A stretch of 64,000 nucleotides of DNA from the NCBI GenBank assembly GCA_040755455.1, contig JBFMAY010000001.1, forward strand, positions 192,001-256,000, given 5' to 3'. The notes under the pieces were generated by a model that was not told the DNA's origin, did no database searches, and worked only from the letters and a program-made list of their open reading frames with translations. The stretch comes from Thermodesulfobacteriota bacterium (lineage in GTDB: Bacteria > Desulfobacterota > Desulfobulbia > Desulfobulbales > SURF-16). Positions 1 to 9,529 of the stretch are shown here, piece after piece. The translations under genes and the position numbers were made by a program. Each line of letters starts with the position of its first letter. Within the stretch, counting starts at the first letter, position 1.

Positions 1-165
1 GGAATTGGCCAGCCCCAGGCGGAAGGTGCTGGTGGAGGCCTCGACCCCGCTGCACCAGTACTGCTTGAAGAAGATGGGGAAGAACCCCGCCATGATGCTG
101 GTGGCAAAGGCGGAGTTGGCCCAGTCATAGAAGGCCCAGGCAAGAGTCGGTTTGTCGATTTTCAT
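1..165 (-). CDS. MFS transporter, UMF1/Atg22-like family (5' part; runs off window start)
   Basis: Manual translation from ATG at 165: MKIDKPTLAWAFYDWANSAFATSIMAGFFPIFFKQYW. W-x-x-YDWANSAF is the typical N-terminal motif of this family. Confidence 0.8.
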   Translation of the reverse strand, partial: MKIDKPTLAWAFYDWANSAFATSIMAGFFPIFFKQYWCSGVEASTSTFRLGLANS

Positions 166-223
166 GTCCGGGGTCTCATGTTTTCGCGGACCTCAGCCAT
201 TTCCGGACGGCAGGGCTGGCAAG

Positions 224-994
224 TCACTTTTGCCTTGCCGCCAGGCATTCGAGAATACGGGCGGGGAAATCCGTCACCAGGCCTTTGGCATGGCGTTCCA
301 TGGCCAGTTCGGCGTCCTGTGGCGTATTGATGGTGTACACCCCGGCAAAGATGCCATGGCTGGCGATATCAGCCGCCCGCGCAGGGGTCAGCTGTCTGAG
401 GGAACAGACAAAGGCCTGGCAGCCGGTGGCCTGCAGCACAAGCGAGGGCAGCCTGTTGTCGCCGGGCGGCAGCAGGGCGGCGGTATGAAATCCCTGCGGC
501 AGCGAGTTCAGGTACCGCAGGGAGTCATGATGAAAGGAAGAGAAAAGGGTGAATGGTGCCATCTCAGCGGCTGTGGTCGCCGCCGCAATGAGGTTGATGC
601 GTTTTTGCCAGTCTTCACCCGCGGCCGGCGGTTTGATCTCAACATTGATGCACGCCTTGCCCCTGATCAACTGGAAAACCTCGTCAAGCAGGGGAATTTT
701 TTCGCCGCGGAAACGCTCGTCAAACCAGGAGCCGGCATCGAGTTTTTTCAGCTCCGCGGAGGAGCAGCGGTTGATCGCGCCATGGCCGTTGGTGGTTCTC
801 TCCAGGGTGGCGTCGTGGAAGACGACGATCTGCTCATCGGTTGTGATCTGCACATCGATCTCAAGCATCTGGGCCCCGGCCTCCAGGGCGAGACCTATGG
901 CGGTTAGGGTGTTTTCCGGCGCCGTGCCGGAGGCGCCGCGATGGGCAACGACAAGATGAGGACTGGAGGTGACGAGATCGTGCAGTGATTTCAT
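224..994 (-). CDS. Glycerophosphodiester phosphodiesterase (GDPD family)
   Basis: VAHRGAS..APENT, EIDVQ.T.D...VVFHD..LERTT, NVEIK and GLVTDFP motifs. Confidence 0.92.
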   Translation of the reverse strand: MKSLHDLVTSSPHLVVAHRGASGTAPENTLTAIGLALEAGAQMLEIDVQITTDEQIVVFHDATLERTTNGHGAINRCSSAELKKLDAGSWFDERFRGEKIPLLDEVFQLIRGKACINVEIKPPAAGEDWQKRINLIAAATTAAEMAPFTLFSSFHHDSLRYLNSLPQGFHTAALLPPGDNRLPSLVLQATGCQAFVCSLRQLTPARAADIASHGIFAGVYTINTPQDAELAMERHAKGLVTDFPARILECLAARQK

Positions 995-1119
995 GGCGTA
1001 AGTTTTTCAATTTGTGGAAGGTTTAATTTTTTGATGCCGTGTGCGGGCGGGCATGACGCACCCATTGCTCGTGCGATACACAGGGCAACCATGCCCCTGC
1101 CGGGGCGCCTGGGTTTGTC

Positions 1120-1974
1120 CTATGAGCCATCAGCCATGTCCCCCCTGCCTTTCCGTCTTTTCACTTCTTTGTCCAGAAAATCCTCCAGGCCCGTTACATA
1201 TCTGCCGGCGGAAAGGAGGAAACCCGCATTGTGGTTGCCGTTGATCGGTAGAAATGTTTTCGGCTCACGGGCCGCGGCAAAGAGGCGGCGGCCGTGGCTG
1301 AAGGGGACGATGTCATCCTCGGTGCTGTGAATGATGAGCAGCGGGCAGCTGATTTTTCTCACCGCCGCCTCGGTGTCGTAATGAAACCGGCAGAGCAGGC
1401 GGCCCGGGAAAAACGGGTACATGTCAGCGGCCATGTCCCTGGCCGACGTAAAGGCGGATTCGACAATACAGGCCCGCGGCTCTCTTGTGCCGCACAGCCA
1501 GGCGGCTATCGCTCCGCCCAGGGAACGGCCGAACACGATGATCTGCGCCGGTTGGATGTTTTCCTGGGTAACCAGGTAGTCCCAGGCCGCCTCGACATCG
1601 AGGTAGGTGCCGGCTTCGGAGGGTGTTCCCTCGCTCTGTCCGTACCCCCGGTAATCGAAAATAAAGGTGGAATAACCCAGCCGGTGGAAGATGTCAATGG
1701 TCTCCAGCCGGTGGGAGATGTTGCCGGCATTGCCGTGGCAGAAGAGGATAACTCCTTTGGCCGCCTCGGCCGGAATGAACCAGGCGTGGAGCTTCACCTG
1801 GTCGGCGGTGGTAAAGGTGACGGACCGGTACGCGAGGTTCAGTTTTTCAGGGGTTGAGAAAAGGGTGCGCTCCGGAAAATAGATGAAGCGGGACTGGTTG
1901 ACGAGCAGCGTTGCCCCGAAACAGACATAGATCCCGGCCAGGAGAAGCGCCAGCGACAGTGCGGTCTGTGACAT
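1120..1974 (-). CDS. Alpha/beta hydrolase with N-terminal membrane anchor (ABHD13/BEM46-like)
   Basis: HGNAGN, DYRGYG, GRSLGG nucleophile elbow, D(IVP) and H(NA) triad candidates. Confidence 0.9.
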   Translation of the reverse strand: MSQTALSLALLLAGIYVCFGATLLVNQSRFIYFPERTLFSTPEKLNLAYRSVTFTTADQVKLHAWFIPAEAAKGVILFCHGNAGNISHRLETIDIFHRLGYSTFIFDYRGYGQSEGTPSEAGTYLDVEAAWDYLVTQENIQPAQIIVFGRSLGGAIAAWLCGTREPRACIVESAFTSARDMAADMYPFFPGRLLCRFHYDTEAAVRKISCPLLIIHSTEDDIVPFSHGRRLFAAAREPKTFLPINGNHNAGFLLSAGRYVTGLEDFLDKEVKRRKGRGDMADGS

Positions 1975-1986
1975 TTTTTTGCCTGC

Positions 1987-3819
1987 CTATCCCCTTGGCT
2001 CTCCGCTTTTCAGCTTCTGCTGCCAATACTGTTTGATGGACTGTCCCATGCCGCCCACGCTGGCATTGACCGCCTTGCGCAGTTCCTCGTCCATATTCAG
2101 CGGGGTGAACTTGGCGGTGCCCGATGCCGGCGGCCCGGCGGCGGTGCCGGTTTCCATGTCAACGGCCCGCACGGTGAAGGAAACGGTGGTCAAGGTCTGC
2201 GACCGGCCGTAATACTGCAAAGGCATGGAACCGGTCTGCTGGATCTGGGAGATGAGGACAATATTGGCCGATTGGCTGGGCACCAGTCGTTGGATATCAT
2301 ACCAGGAGATGGGCAGGCTGCCCATCTGCATTTTTTCCATGAGCACCGGGATCTCAGCTACGGAGGTGACATGCAGGCCGCTGTTCGCCAGGGCCGCCTC
2401 GATGTGGTTCTGCACAAAGGGAGCCAGGGTCTCGTCGCCGGAGACAATGGTCAGCACCACAGGGATGGCGGGCAGCGCCGCCTGTTTCTGCACCTTGGCG
2501 GTGCGGGCCGGCGGCGCGGCGGCGGGTGCCGGAGGGGGGGCGATGGCTGGGGCGGTTTCTCTCTCCTGACGGGTGGGTTGTCCCGCCGCGGGCGCGGTTG
2601 CCGGTTCAGGGGCCGGGGTGGTGGCCGGCGGCGTTACCGGGGGTGGCGCCTGGGCGGTTACCGCCGGAGCTTCAGGGGCCGGCGTGGTCACGGTTGCCGG
2701 CAGGGCCGGGGGCTGTTGCCCTGCGTTGCTTTTTTCCTCAACCGTCATTTCCTGCCCGGCAGGCACAACGGTCTGTTCGGCTGTTTTTTCCTTTTTCACC
2801 CGGTGGAGCAGGGCGTCCACCGTCCACATGGACAGCAGGACGGCGATGATGATGCCGGCAGCCATGGCCAGCATCTTGGTGCGTCCGCCCTTTTCCTTTT
2901 CTTCAGGCAGGGGCGGCGGTGGCGGCGGCGCCGAGACGGGCCGGGCCGCCGGGATTCTGCCGGTGATAGGCGGCTCAATATGCAGCTGCCCCATGCAGGA
3001 AACAATGGCATCCATCACCTCTCCCGGTGTCTGGAAGCGCTGGTTGATGTCCTTGGCCGTCATTTTGTCGATCAGCTCACAGACCGGCCTGGGCAGGGAG
3101 GGATTGACCGTGGCGATGGGCCGGCTGGGCTCGGTGATGATTTTCGCCACCACGGCCAGCGGCGATTCGCCGGTAACGGGCGGTTCGCCGGACAACATTT
3201 TATAGAGGAGCGCCCCCAGGGAATACAGGTCGCTGCGGATATCAAGCTTGGCGCCGCTGGCCTGTTCCGGGGAGGAGTATTCCGGGGTCCCCATGTACAG
3301 CCCGGTCTGGGTGAGTTTGGCATCGGCATCCTGAAAGCAGGCAATGCCGTAATCGGTGATCTTGATCCTGCCCACGGAGTCGATCATGATATTGGATGGT
3401 TTCAGGTCCCGGTGCACCACGCCCTTGGCCGCCGCCTCCTCAAGGGCGTCGGCGATCTGCAGGGCGATGGGCAGGGCCTCCTCCAGGGGGATGGATTTCT
3501 TTTCCTTGAGAATCTGGCCAAGGTCCGTGCCCTTGACATATTCCATGGCAAAATAGTAGAGCCCGTTTTCCTCGCCATAGGAGAGGATATTGACGATATG
3601 CGGATGGGTGAGGGCGGCAACAACCTTGGCCTCTCTTTTGAACCGTTTGATGAATTCCTCATCGCCGGACAGCCTTTCAGAGAGAATTTTCAAGGCAACC
3701 ATTCTGTTCAGTGAAAGTTCATGGGCCTTATACACAACACCCATGCCGCCCCTGCCCAGTTCCTTTTCCAGCTGGAATCCGCCAATTATGCTGCCGGTTT
3801 CGATCTGATTGAGCTTCAT
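1987..3819 (-). CDS. Membrane-spanning Hanks-type Ser/Thr protein kinase with Pro/Ala-rich linker and C-terminal extracytoplasmic domain
   Basis: LGRGGMGVVY, VALK, HRDLKPSN, DYG, GTPEYSSPEQ and DLYSLG; hydrophobic segment MLAMAAGIIIAVLLSMW; long P/A/T-rich tract. Confidence 0.93.
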   Translation of the reverse strand: MKLNQIETGSIIGGFQLEKELGRGGMGVVYKAHELSLNRMVALKILSERLSGDEEFIKRFKREAKVVAALTHPHIVNILSYGEENGLYYFAMEYVKGTDLGQILKEKKSIPLEEALPIALQIADALEEAAAKGVVHRDLKPSNIMIDSVGRIKITDYGIACFQDADAKLTQTGLYMGTPEYSSPEQASGAKLDIRSDLYSLGALLYKMLSGEPPVTGESPLAVVAKIITEPSRPIATVNPSLPRPVCELIDKMTAKDINQRFQTPGEVMDAIVSCMGQLHIEPPITGRIPAARPVSAPPPPPPLPEEKEKGGRTKMLAMAAGIIIAVLLSMWTVDALLHRVKKEKTAEQTVVPAGQEMTVEEKSNAGQQPPALPATVTTPAPEAPAVTAQAPPPVTPPATTPAPEPATAPAAGQPTRQERETAPAIAPPPAPAAAPPARTAKVQKQAALPAIPVVLTIVSGDETLAPFVQNHIEAALANSGLHVTSVAEIPVLMEKMQMGSLPISWYDIQRLVPSQSANIVLISQIQQTGSMPLQYYGRSQTLTTVSFTVRAVDMETGTAAGPPASGTAKFTPLNMDEELRKAVNASVGGMGQSIKQYWQQKLKSGEPRG

Positions 3820-4012
3820 TTGCCGTTCCCTTTAGGTAGAAGATATCCGAACAACCGCATCGCATCAGAAAAAAATTATAACAGAATTTGCTGGTAAAAT
3901 CCTTTACAAATGAAGCAAATTAATAGAAAAATAAAGCGAAATGATTTATTAATTCCGAGGTGCTTTTTGGAGTGATGTTTTTTCTTCTTTTATCTCAGGA
4001 GGTGGCCGGATT

Positions 4013-5026
4013 ATGAAAATGCAGCTCAGTTTGGCAGTGTGTCTTGTTTTTCTTGCTTCGATGCTTTCGCTTGCCGGTTGCGTGACTCCCGGCACCAATG
4101 CCACGGTGACATCCGGACAGGGCGGTCCGGACATAGCCCAGGCCCAGGCCCAGGCCTATAATGGCCCGCAGGCCAGGATCGCCGTGGCCCGCTTCACGGA
4201 CAAGACCGGCAAAGGCTGGTGGACCGGAGGTATCGGCGACGGCATGGCTGATCAGCTGACCACCGCCCTGTTCAACACCAACCGCTATATTGTCTTGGAG
4301 CGCCAGGCCCTTGACGATGTCCTTACCGAACAGGACCTGGGGGCCTCGGGCAGGGTGCGGGCGGACACCGCCGCCGAGATCGGCCAGATTGAGGGGGCGG
4401 AATTGATGGTCGTTGCCGCGGTCACCGAGTTTGAGGGCGCCGCATCCGGGGCCAGCGGCGGACTGGGCGGCGGCGCAGCCGGGGTGATCGGCGGTCTGTT
4501 GGGCGGCTTTCAGAAGGCCCATATGGCCATCGACATGCGCATCATTGATGCGAAAACCTCCCGGGTGCTTGCCGCAACCAGTGTTGAAGGCGAGGCCACT
4601 GATGTCAATCTCGGCGGTCTGCTGGGCGGCTATGGCAGCTCCGGCGCCCTGGTCGGCGGTCTGTCCGGCTGGAAGAACACCCCGACGGAAAAGGCCCTGA
4701 GGATCTGCATCCAGAAGGCCGTGGATTTCATCGTCAGCAAAACCCCGCAGTCCTATTATCATTACGGCGCGCAGCCGGTTGCCGCTCCTGCCCCGGCCTC
4801 ATCCTATCAGGCCCCGGCCGGCGCAACATCCGGCGAGGCGGTTATTGTCGTGCCTGAAACCTTGAATGTCCGCAGCGGTCCGGGGGAAAATTTCTCCGTG
4901 GTCTTCTCCGCCCGGGGAGGCGACCGGTTTTCCGTTCTGGAAAAGCAGGACAAGTGGCTCAGGGTCAGAGCCCAGGACGGCCGTGAAGGATGGGCCGCCG
5001 GCTGGCTGACCTCGCCGGTCCGTTAA
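4013..5026 (+). CDS. CsgG/HfaB-family lipoprotein with C-terminal SH3b-like domain
   Basis: Lipobox LAGC; RIAVARF, LTTALFNTNRYIVLERQALD, IDMRIIDAKTSRVL (CsgG-like); LNVRSGPG...W..V...DGREGW (SH3b). Confidence 0.85.
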   Translation: MKMQLSLAVCLVFLASMLSLAGCVTPGTNATVTSGQGGPDIAQAQAQAYNGPQARIAVARFTDKTGKGWWTGGIGDGMADQLTTALFNTNRYIVLERQALDDVLTEQDLGASGRVRADTAAEIGQIEGAELMVVAAVTEFEGAASGASGGLGGGAAGVIGGLLGGFQKAHMAIDMRIIDAKTSRVLAATSVEGEATDVNLGGLLGGYGSSGALVGGLSGWKNTPTEKALRICIQKAVDFIVSKTPQSYYHYGAQPVAAPAPASSYQAPAGATSGEAVIVVPETLNVRSGPGENFSVVFSARGGDRFSVLEKQDKWLRVRAQDGREGWAAGWLTSPVR

Positions 5027-5079
5027 GCAGCCGCGGGTCACAACCTGCGCATGAGCAAAATGAGGGGACTGGAGGTTGC

Positions 5080-6099
5080 CTACCGCCAGATCCCCTCAAT
5101 TTTTTCCTTGCAGGCCGGGCAGTGGCCGTCGGCAATGTTGTTCTTTCTGATGCTGAAGCCGAAGCGGGTGATCAACTCCATGCCGCAGGCCGGGCAATAG
5201 GTGTTTTCCCCGCCTTCACCGGGGATATTGCCCTCATAGACAAAACGCAATCCCTCCTCCAGGCCGATCTCCCTGGCCTTGCGCAGGGTGCTTGCCGGGG
5301 TGCGGTCCCGGTCCATCATCTGAAAGGTCGGGTAGAAGGCGGTCACATGCCAGGGCATGGCGGGGTCCACGCTTTTGAGGAAGCGGGCAACCTCGCGCAG
5401 TTCCTGGGAAGAATCGTTCAGGCCCGGGATGATCAGGGTGGTCACCTCCACCCACACCCCCAGTTCGCGCATGAGGCGCACATTGTCCAGCACGGGCTGC
5501 AGCCGCGCCTTGCACACCTTTTTGTAGAAGCTCTCGGTAAAGGCCTTGATGTCGATGTTGATGCCGTCCAGCACCGGAGCCAGGTGCCGGGTGACCTCGG
5601 CCGACATGTAGCCGTTGCTGACAAAGATGTTCCTGATGTTCCTCTCCCGGGCCAGCACGCAGCAATCATAGGCGAATTCATAGAAGATGGTGGGTTCCAC
5701 GTAGGTATAGCTGATGCTTTGGCAGGCCTGCTCCACGGCATTTTCGACGACGTCTTTCGGGCCGGCCGGCTGGCCGATGATCGCTCCTCCCTGCATGCGG
5801 GGATACTGGGAAATCTGGTAGTTCTGGCAGTGCAGGCAGCGGAAGTTGCAGCCCACCGTGGCGATGGAATAGGAGGTGGAGCCGGGCAGCACATGGAACA
5901 TCGGTTTTTTTTCGATGGGGTCAATGTTTTCCGATACCAGTCTGCCATAGATCAGACTGTGCAGGGTGCCCTGCCGGTTTTCCCGTACCCCGCAGATCCC
6001 CCGTCCGCCTTCCTTGATGTGGCAATGGTGATTGCAGAGATCGCAGATTACCTCGTTTTCCTGGCCGGTGTGATAAAAAAGGGCCTTCTTCATGGTCAT
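5080..6099 (-). CDS. amrS: AmmeMemoRadiSam system radical SAM enzyme (PFL-activase-like)
   Basis: N-terminal CDLCNHHC..G.RGICGVREN, DPIEKKP, CNFRCLHCQN (CxxxCxxC), C-terminal TYCPACG. Confidence 0.88.
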   Translation of the reverse strand: MTMKKALFYHTGQENEVICDLCNHHCHIKEGGRGICGVRENRQGTLHSLIYGRLVSENIDPIEKKPMFHVLPGSTSYSIATVGCNFRCLHCQNYQISQYPRMQGGAIIGQPAGPKDVVENAVEQACQSISYTYVEPTIFYEFAYDCCVLARERNIRNIFVSNGYMSAEVTRHLAPVLDGINIDIKAFTESFYKKVCKARLQPVLDNVRLMRELGVWVEVTTLIIPGLNDSSQELREVARFLKSVDPAMPWHVTAFYPTFQMMDRDRTPASTLRKAREIGLEEGLRFVYEGNIPGEGGENTYCPACGMELITRFGFSIRKNNIADGHCPACKEKIEGIWR

Positions 6100-6106
6100 C
6101 TCTCCC

Positions 6107-6556
6107 CTATGGTCTCAGTTTCTTCTCCTGCTCCTGGCCGCGGATTGCCGCTTTGGCAAGCAATGCCAGCTCTTCGGATAGGAGTTCCAGGACGTCGTCA
6201 ATGGCCAGGATTCCTTCCAGTGCGCCCTCATCGTTAACCACCGGCAGCCGCCGGATACCCTTGGTCCTCATTTTCTGCAGGGTATCCAGGATGCCGTCAT
6301 GCAGTCCGGCGGTGATGAGCCCGTAACTCATGATGTCTCCGGCACAGGCCGCGTCCAGGCTGATCTCCTTGGCCACGAGTTCGACGATGATGTCCCGGTC
6401 GGTGAGAATGCCGACGGGAATGGTCATGCCGCCGCTCCGGTCAACCACCACCAGATCACCCACATGGTACTGGCGCATCAGCTTTGCAGCTTCAACAATC
6501 GTTGTGTCTCTTTCGGCCACGACAACTTCCCGGTTGCAAAATTCTCCCACAGTCAT
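6107..6556 (-). CDS. CBS-domain pair protein
   Basis: Two CBS repeats (EAAKLMRQYHVGDLVVV..GILTDRDI; MRTKGIRRLPVVN..GIL..DD). Confidence 0.9.
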   Translation of the reverse strand: MTVGEFCNREVVVAERDTTIVEAAKLMRQYHVGDLVVVDRSGGMTIPVGILTDRDIIVELVAKEISLDAACAGDIMSYGLITAGLHDGILDTLQKMRTKGIRRLPVVNDEGALEGILAIDDVLELLSEELALLAKAAIRGQEQEKKLRP

Positions 6557-6775
6557 ATTACCCTCCCATTCGTCAGTTTATTGGTTTTTTGTCATTTTTA
6601 ACAAACATTATACTCTCTCCTGCCGCGGAAAAGAGAGAGAATTTTGCATTTTTCTTACTAAGAGGAAAATTCGCGCCGGGATGTTTCTGTTCGCTTTTAT
6701 TTACTCCGCCGTTATTCTCTGTTAAAGTGGGCCATACATTGAAAAATAATCACCATTATTAATCTTGAGCCGCCG

Positions 6776-8665
6776 ATGAAAATCAAATTTGCTGATTATA
6801 TCAAGGAGCATGTCATCCTTGGCGACGGTGCTTTCGGCACCTATCTTTACGAAAAGGGGGTTGATTTTGGCAGAAATATTGATCTGCTCAACCTGAAAAA
6901 TCCCGAGTTGATCTATTCCGTGCACGAGGAATATATTCGCGCCGGCAGCCAGCTTATTGAGACCAACACCTTCGGGGCCAACAGCTTCAAGCTGCAGAAG
7001 GCCGGCAAGGAAGAGAAGGTTGGTGAAATCAATCTGGCCGGGGCCAGGCTGGCGGTCAAGGCCGCCGGGCATGAGGTGTATGTGGCCGGCTCGGTTGGGC
7101 CCACCGGGGTGGAATTTCCCCTGATTTCCGGCGAGATCTCCCCTGACGATATCAAGGCCGCTTTTGCCGGGCAGATCAGCGCCCTGGCGGAAGGCGGAGT
7201 GGATCTGCTGATCCTGGAAACATTCACGCACCTGGAAGAGATGCTGCTGGCCATTGAGACGGCCCTGCGGGTGGGCAGCGGCCTGCCCATTGTCGCCCAG
7301 ATGCTCTACCCCTCCCAGGGCAGGACGGCACGGGGCGTCGATGCCCTGGCCTGCGCCCAAGCCGCCCTGGCGGCCGGGGCCATGGTGGTGGGCACCAACT
7401 GCGGCCGGGGGGTTGACGCCATGGCAACGGCCATCGGCCGGCTGCTTCCCCTGGCGGATGAACATGTGCCGCTTTCGGCCTTCCCCAATGCCGGACTGCC
7501 GGAGATCATGGGCCATCGCATGGTCTACCCGGCCCAGCCCTCCTATATGGCCAGGCGGGCGGCGGAGATGCTGAAAATGGGGGTTCGTCTCATCGGCGGC
7601 TGCTGCGGGACCACGCCGGCCCATATCCATGAATTCCGCAAAACACTGAAACTGCGGCATAAAAAAGAGCTGCGTTCGGTCACGGCGCCTGCCACTTCCC
7701 AGCAAGCCGCTGCGGCTCCTGCCGCGGTGGAAAAGAGCGGCCGGGGCGGCTTCCTTGACAATCTGCCGTCCGGCCGACTGCCCGTTCTGGTCGAGCTTGA
7801 CCCGCCCACCCATCTTGATATCGAAAATGTGCTGGCCGGCGCCCGCTCCCTGGCCGCAAGCGGGGTTGACGCCGTCACCCTGGGCGAGAATCCCCTGGCC
7901 ATCCTGCGGGTCGGCAATATCGCCCTGGCCCATCGCATCCGCGAGGAGGCCGGGGTCCAGGTGGTGCTCCATCAGACCTGCCGGGACCAGAATGCCCTGG
8001 GGCTGCAGTCCCATATCATGGCCGCCCATATCCTGGGGATTGAGGCCATCCTGGCGGTAACCGGCGACTCCGCCAGTTCCACGGATCAGCCCGGCGTGAG
8101 CGGGGTTTTTGATGTCAATTCCCTTGGTCTGATCCGCATGATCAGCCAGTATAACCAGGGACTGAACATGGCTGGCCGCTCGATCAAGCTGCCCACCAGA
8201 TTTTCCATCGGCGCGGCCTTCAGTTTCAACCATTCCAACCCGACGCTGCAGATTGCCAGACTGGAGCGCAAGGCCGCCCAGGGCGCTCATTTTGTCATGA
8301 CCCAGCCCCTCTTTGACAAGAACGAGGTGGAGGCCATGGTGGAACAGACCAGCCATTTGAATGTGCTGATCTTTCCCGGAATTTTTCCTTTGATTTCCGC
8401 CCGTAACGCGGAATTTCTCCATAACGAGGTGCCCGGCATATCCATTCCCGCCGCCATCCGCAAAAAACTGTGGAGTTATGCAGAGGTCGCTGACCAGCGC
8501 AAGGCGGCCATGGAGTTCACGGAAAAGCTTGTGGCTGATCTCGCCCCCTTCGTCGACGGTCTTTATCTGATCAGCCCGTTGAATAAGTGGGAGATTGCCG
8601 AAAGATTTGTCAAGCAGATCAGGCAGGCCGGCTGGCAGGGCAGCGGCCGGGCCGCCGGCAGATAA
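6776..8665 (+). CDS. Bifunctional homocysteine S-methyltransferase / methylenetetrahydrofolate reductase (YitJ-like)
   Basis: DGAFGT, ETNTFGAN, GTNCG, PNAGLP and GGCCGTTPAHI (HMT domain), then VELDPP, TCRD.N..GLQ, AVTGD and MTQP (MTHFR domain). Confidence 0.92.
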   Translation: MKIKFADYIKEHVILGDGAFGTYLYEKGVDFGRNIDLLNLKNPELIYSVHEEYIRAGSQLIETNTFGANSFKLQKAGKEEKVGEINLAGARLAVKAAGHEVYVAGSVGPTGVEFPLISGEISPDDIKAAFAGQISALAEGGVDLLILETFTHLEEMLLAIETALRVGSGLPIVAQMLYPSQGRTARGVDALACAQAALAAGAMVVGTNCGRGVDAMATAIGRLLPLADEHVPLSAFPNAGLPEIMGHRMVYPAQPSYMARRAAEMLKMGVRLIGGCCGTTPAHIHEFRKTLKLRHKKELRSVTAPATSQQAAAAPAAVEKSGRGGFLDNLPSGRLPVLVELDPPTHLDIENVLAGARSLAASGVDAVTLGENPLAILRVGNIALAHRIREEAGVQVVLHQTCRDQNALGLQSHIMAAHILGIEAILAVTGDSASSTDQPGVSGVFDVNSLGLIRMISQYNQGLNMAGRSIKLPTRFSIGAAFSFNHSNPTLQIARLERKAAQGAHFVMTQPLFDKNEVEAMVEQTSHLNVLIFPGIFPLISARNAEFLHNEVPGISIPAAIRKKLWSYAEVADQRKAAMEFTEKLVADLAPFVDGLYLISPLNKWEIAERFVKQIRQAGWQGSGRAAGR

Positions 8666-8764
8666 TGCATTGCCCCGGCCCTAGCCCAGGATGAGGAATC
8701 CTTTCCATGGCCGAACCGGCCATGGACCGGTTCATTCATAATTTCTCTTTTCCCGGCGGAAACG

Positions 8765-9346
8765 ATGCAGAAGAAAAGAATTCTTGTTGTTGACGACGAA
8801 ATAATCATTCTGAAAACCCTCAGCTGGGGCCTGACTCATCAGGGTTATGAGGTGGACACGGCCCAGAGCGGCGAGGAGGGGCTCGTCAAGCTGCGGCAGG
8901 ATTCCTACAATTTGCTGATCAGCGACCTGCTCATGGATGGGATGAGCGGCATCGAGCTGCTGAAAAGCGCCAGGGTGATCAATCCGGATATGGCGGTCTG
9001 CCTGATCACCGGTTACGCCGATCTTGCTTCGGCTATCGAGGCCCTGCGCCTGGGGGCGGATGATTATCTGGTGAAGCCATGCGATCTGGAAGAACTGTCA
9101 CTCCGGGTGCAGCGTGCCCTGAGAAAGGAGGAGCTGCGTAAAAAGGTCAGATATTTTGAAAATATCCTGCCGGTTTGCGCCGTGTGCAAAAAAATCAGGG
9201 ATGATGCCGGCAGAGAGCCGGGCGAAGGTGAGTGGGTCAGCCTGGAACAGTATCTGCGCCGCAAAACCGGGGTGGAAATACGGCCCGCTTACTGTGTTAA
9301 ATGTGCCCGGAAGGTAAAGAATAACTCGCCGGTCAGTGGTGCGTGA
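8765..9346 (+). CDS. Response regulator: receiver domain plus C-terminal Cys-rich tail
   Basis: ILVVDDE, DLLMDGMSG, TGY, GADDYLVKP; tail LPVCAVCKKIRDD..W...Y....YCVKC. Confidence 0.88.
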   Translation: MQKKRILVVDDEIIILKTLSWGLTHQGYEVDTAQSGEEGLVKLRQDSYNLLISDLLMDGMSGIELLKSARVINPDMAVCLITGYADLASAIEALRLGADDYLVKPCDLEELSLRVQRALRKEELRKKVRYFENILPVCAVCKKIRDDAGREPGEGEWVSLEQYLRRKTGVEIRPAYCVKCARKVKNNSPVSGA

Positions 9347-9529
9347 CCTGCCGGATAGAGGCGGTTTTCTCAAGCATTGCATGTTGTAGAACATGGTTTG
9401 CTGTCATTTTGCTCTGGTCTTAAGTGTCTGTAATGAATTTTGTGTAAATGGTTTTCATTTTTAATTTTCAATATGCAGGCATTCTGTCGTCGAACAAGAT
9501 TGAAAAGCGGTTCGAGGTTGCTGCTGGTA

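Noticed and set aside
6722..8422. 566-aa minus-strand ORF, and similar shadows such as 2272-3714, 4990-6237 and 43689-44786
   Set aside because: Lie antisense to well-supported genes and have no domain signatures
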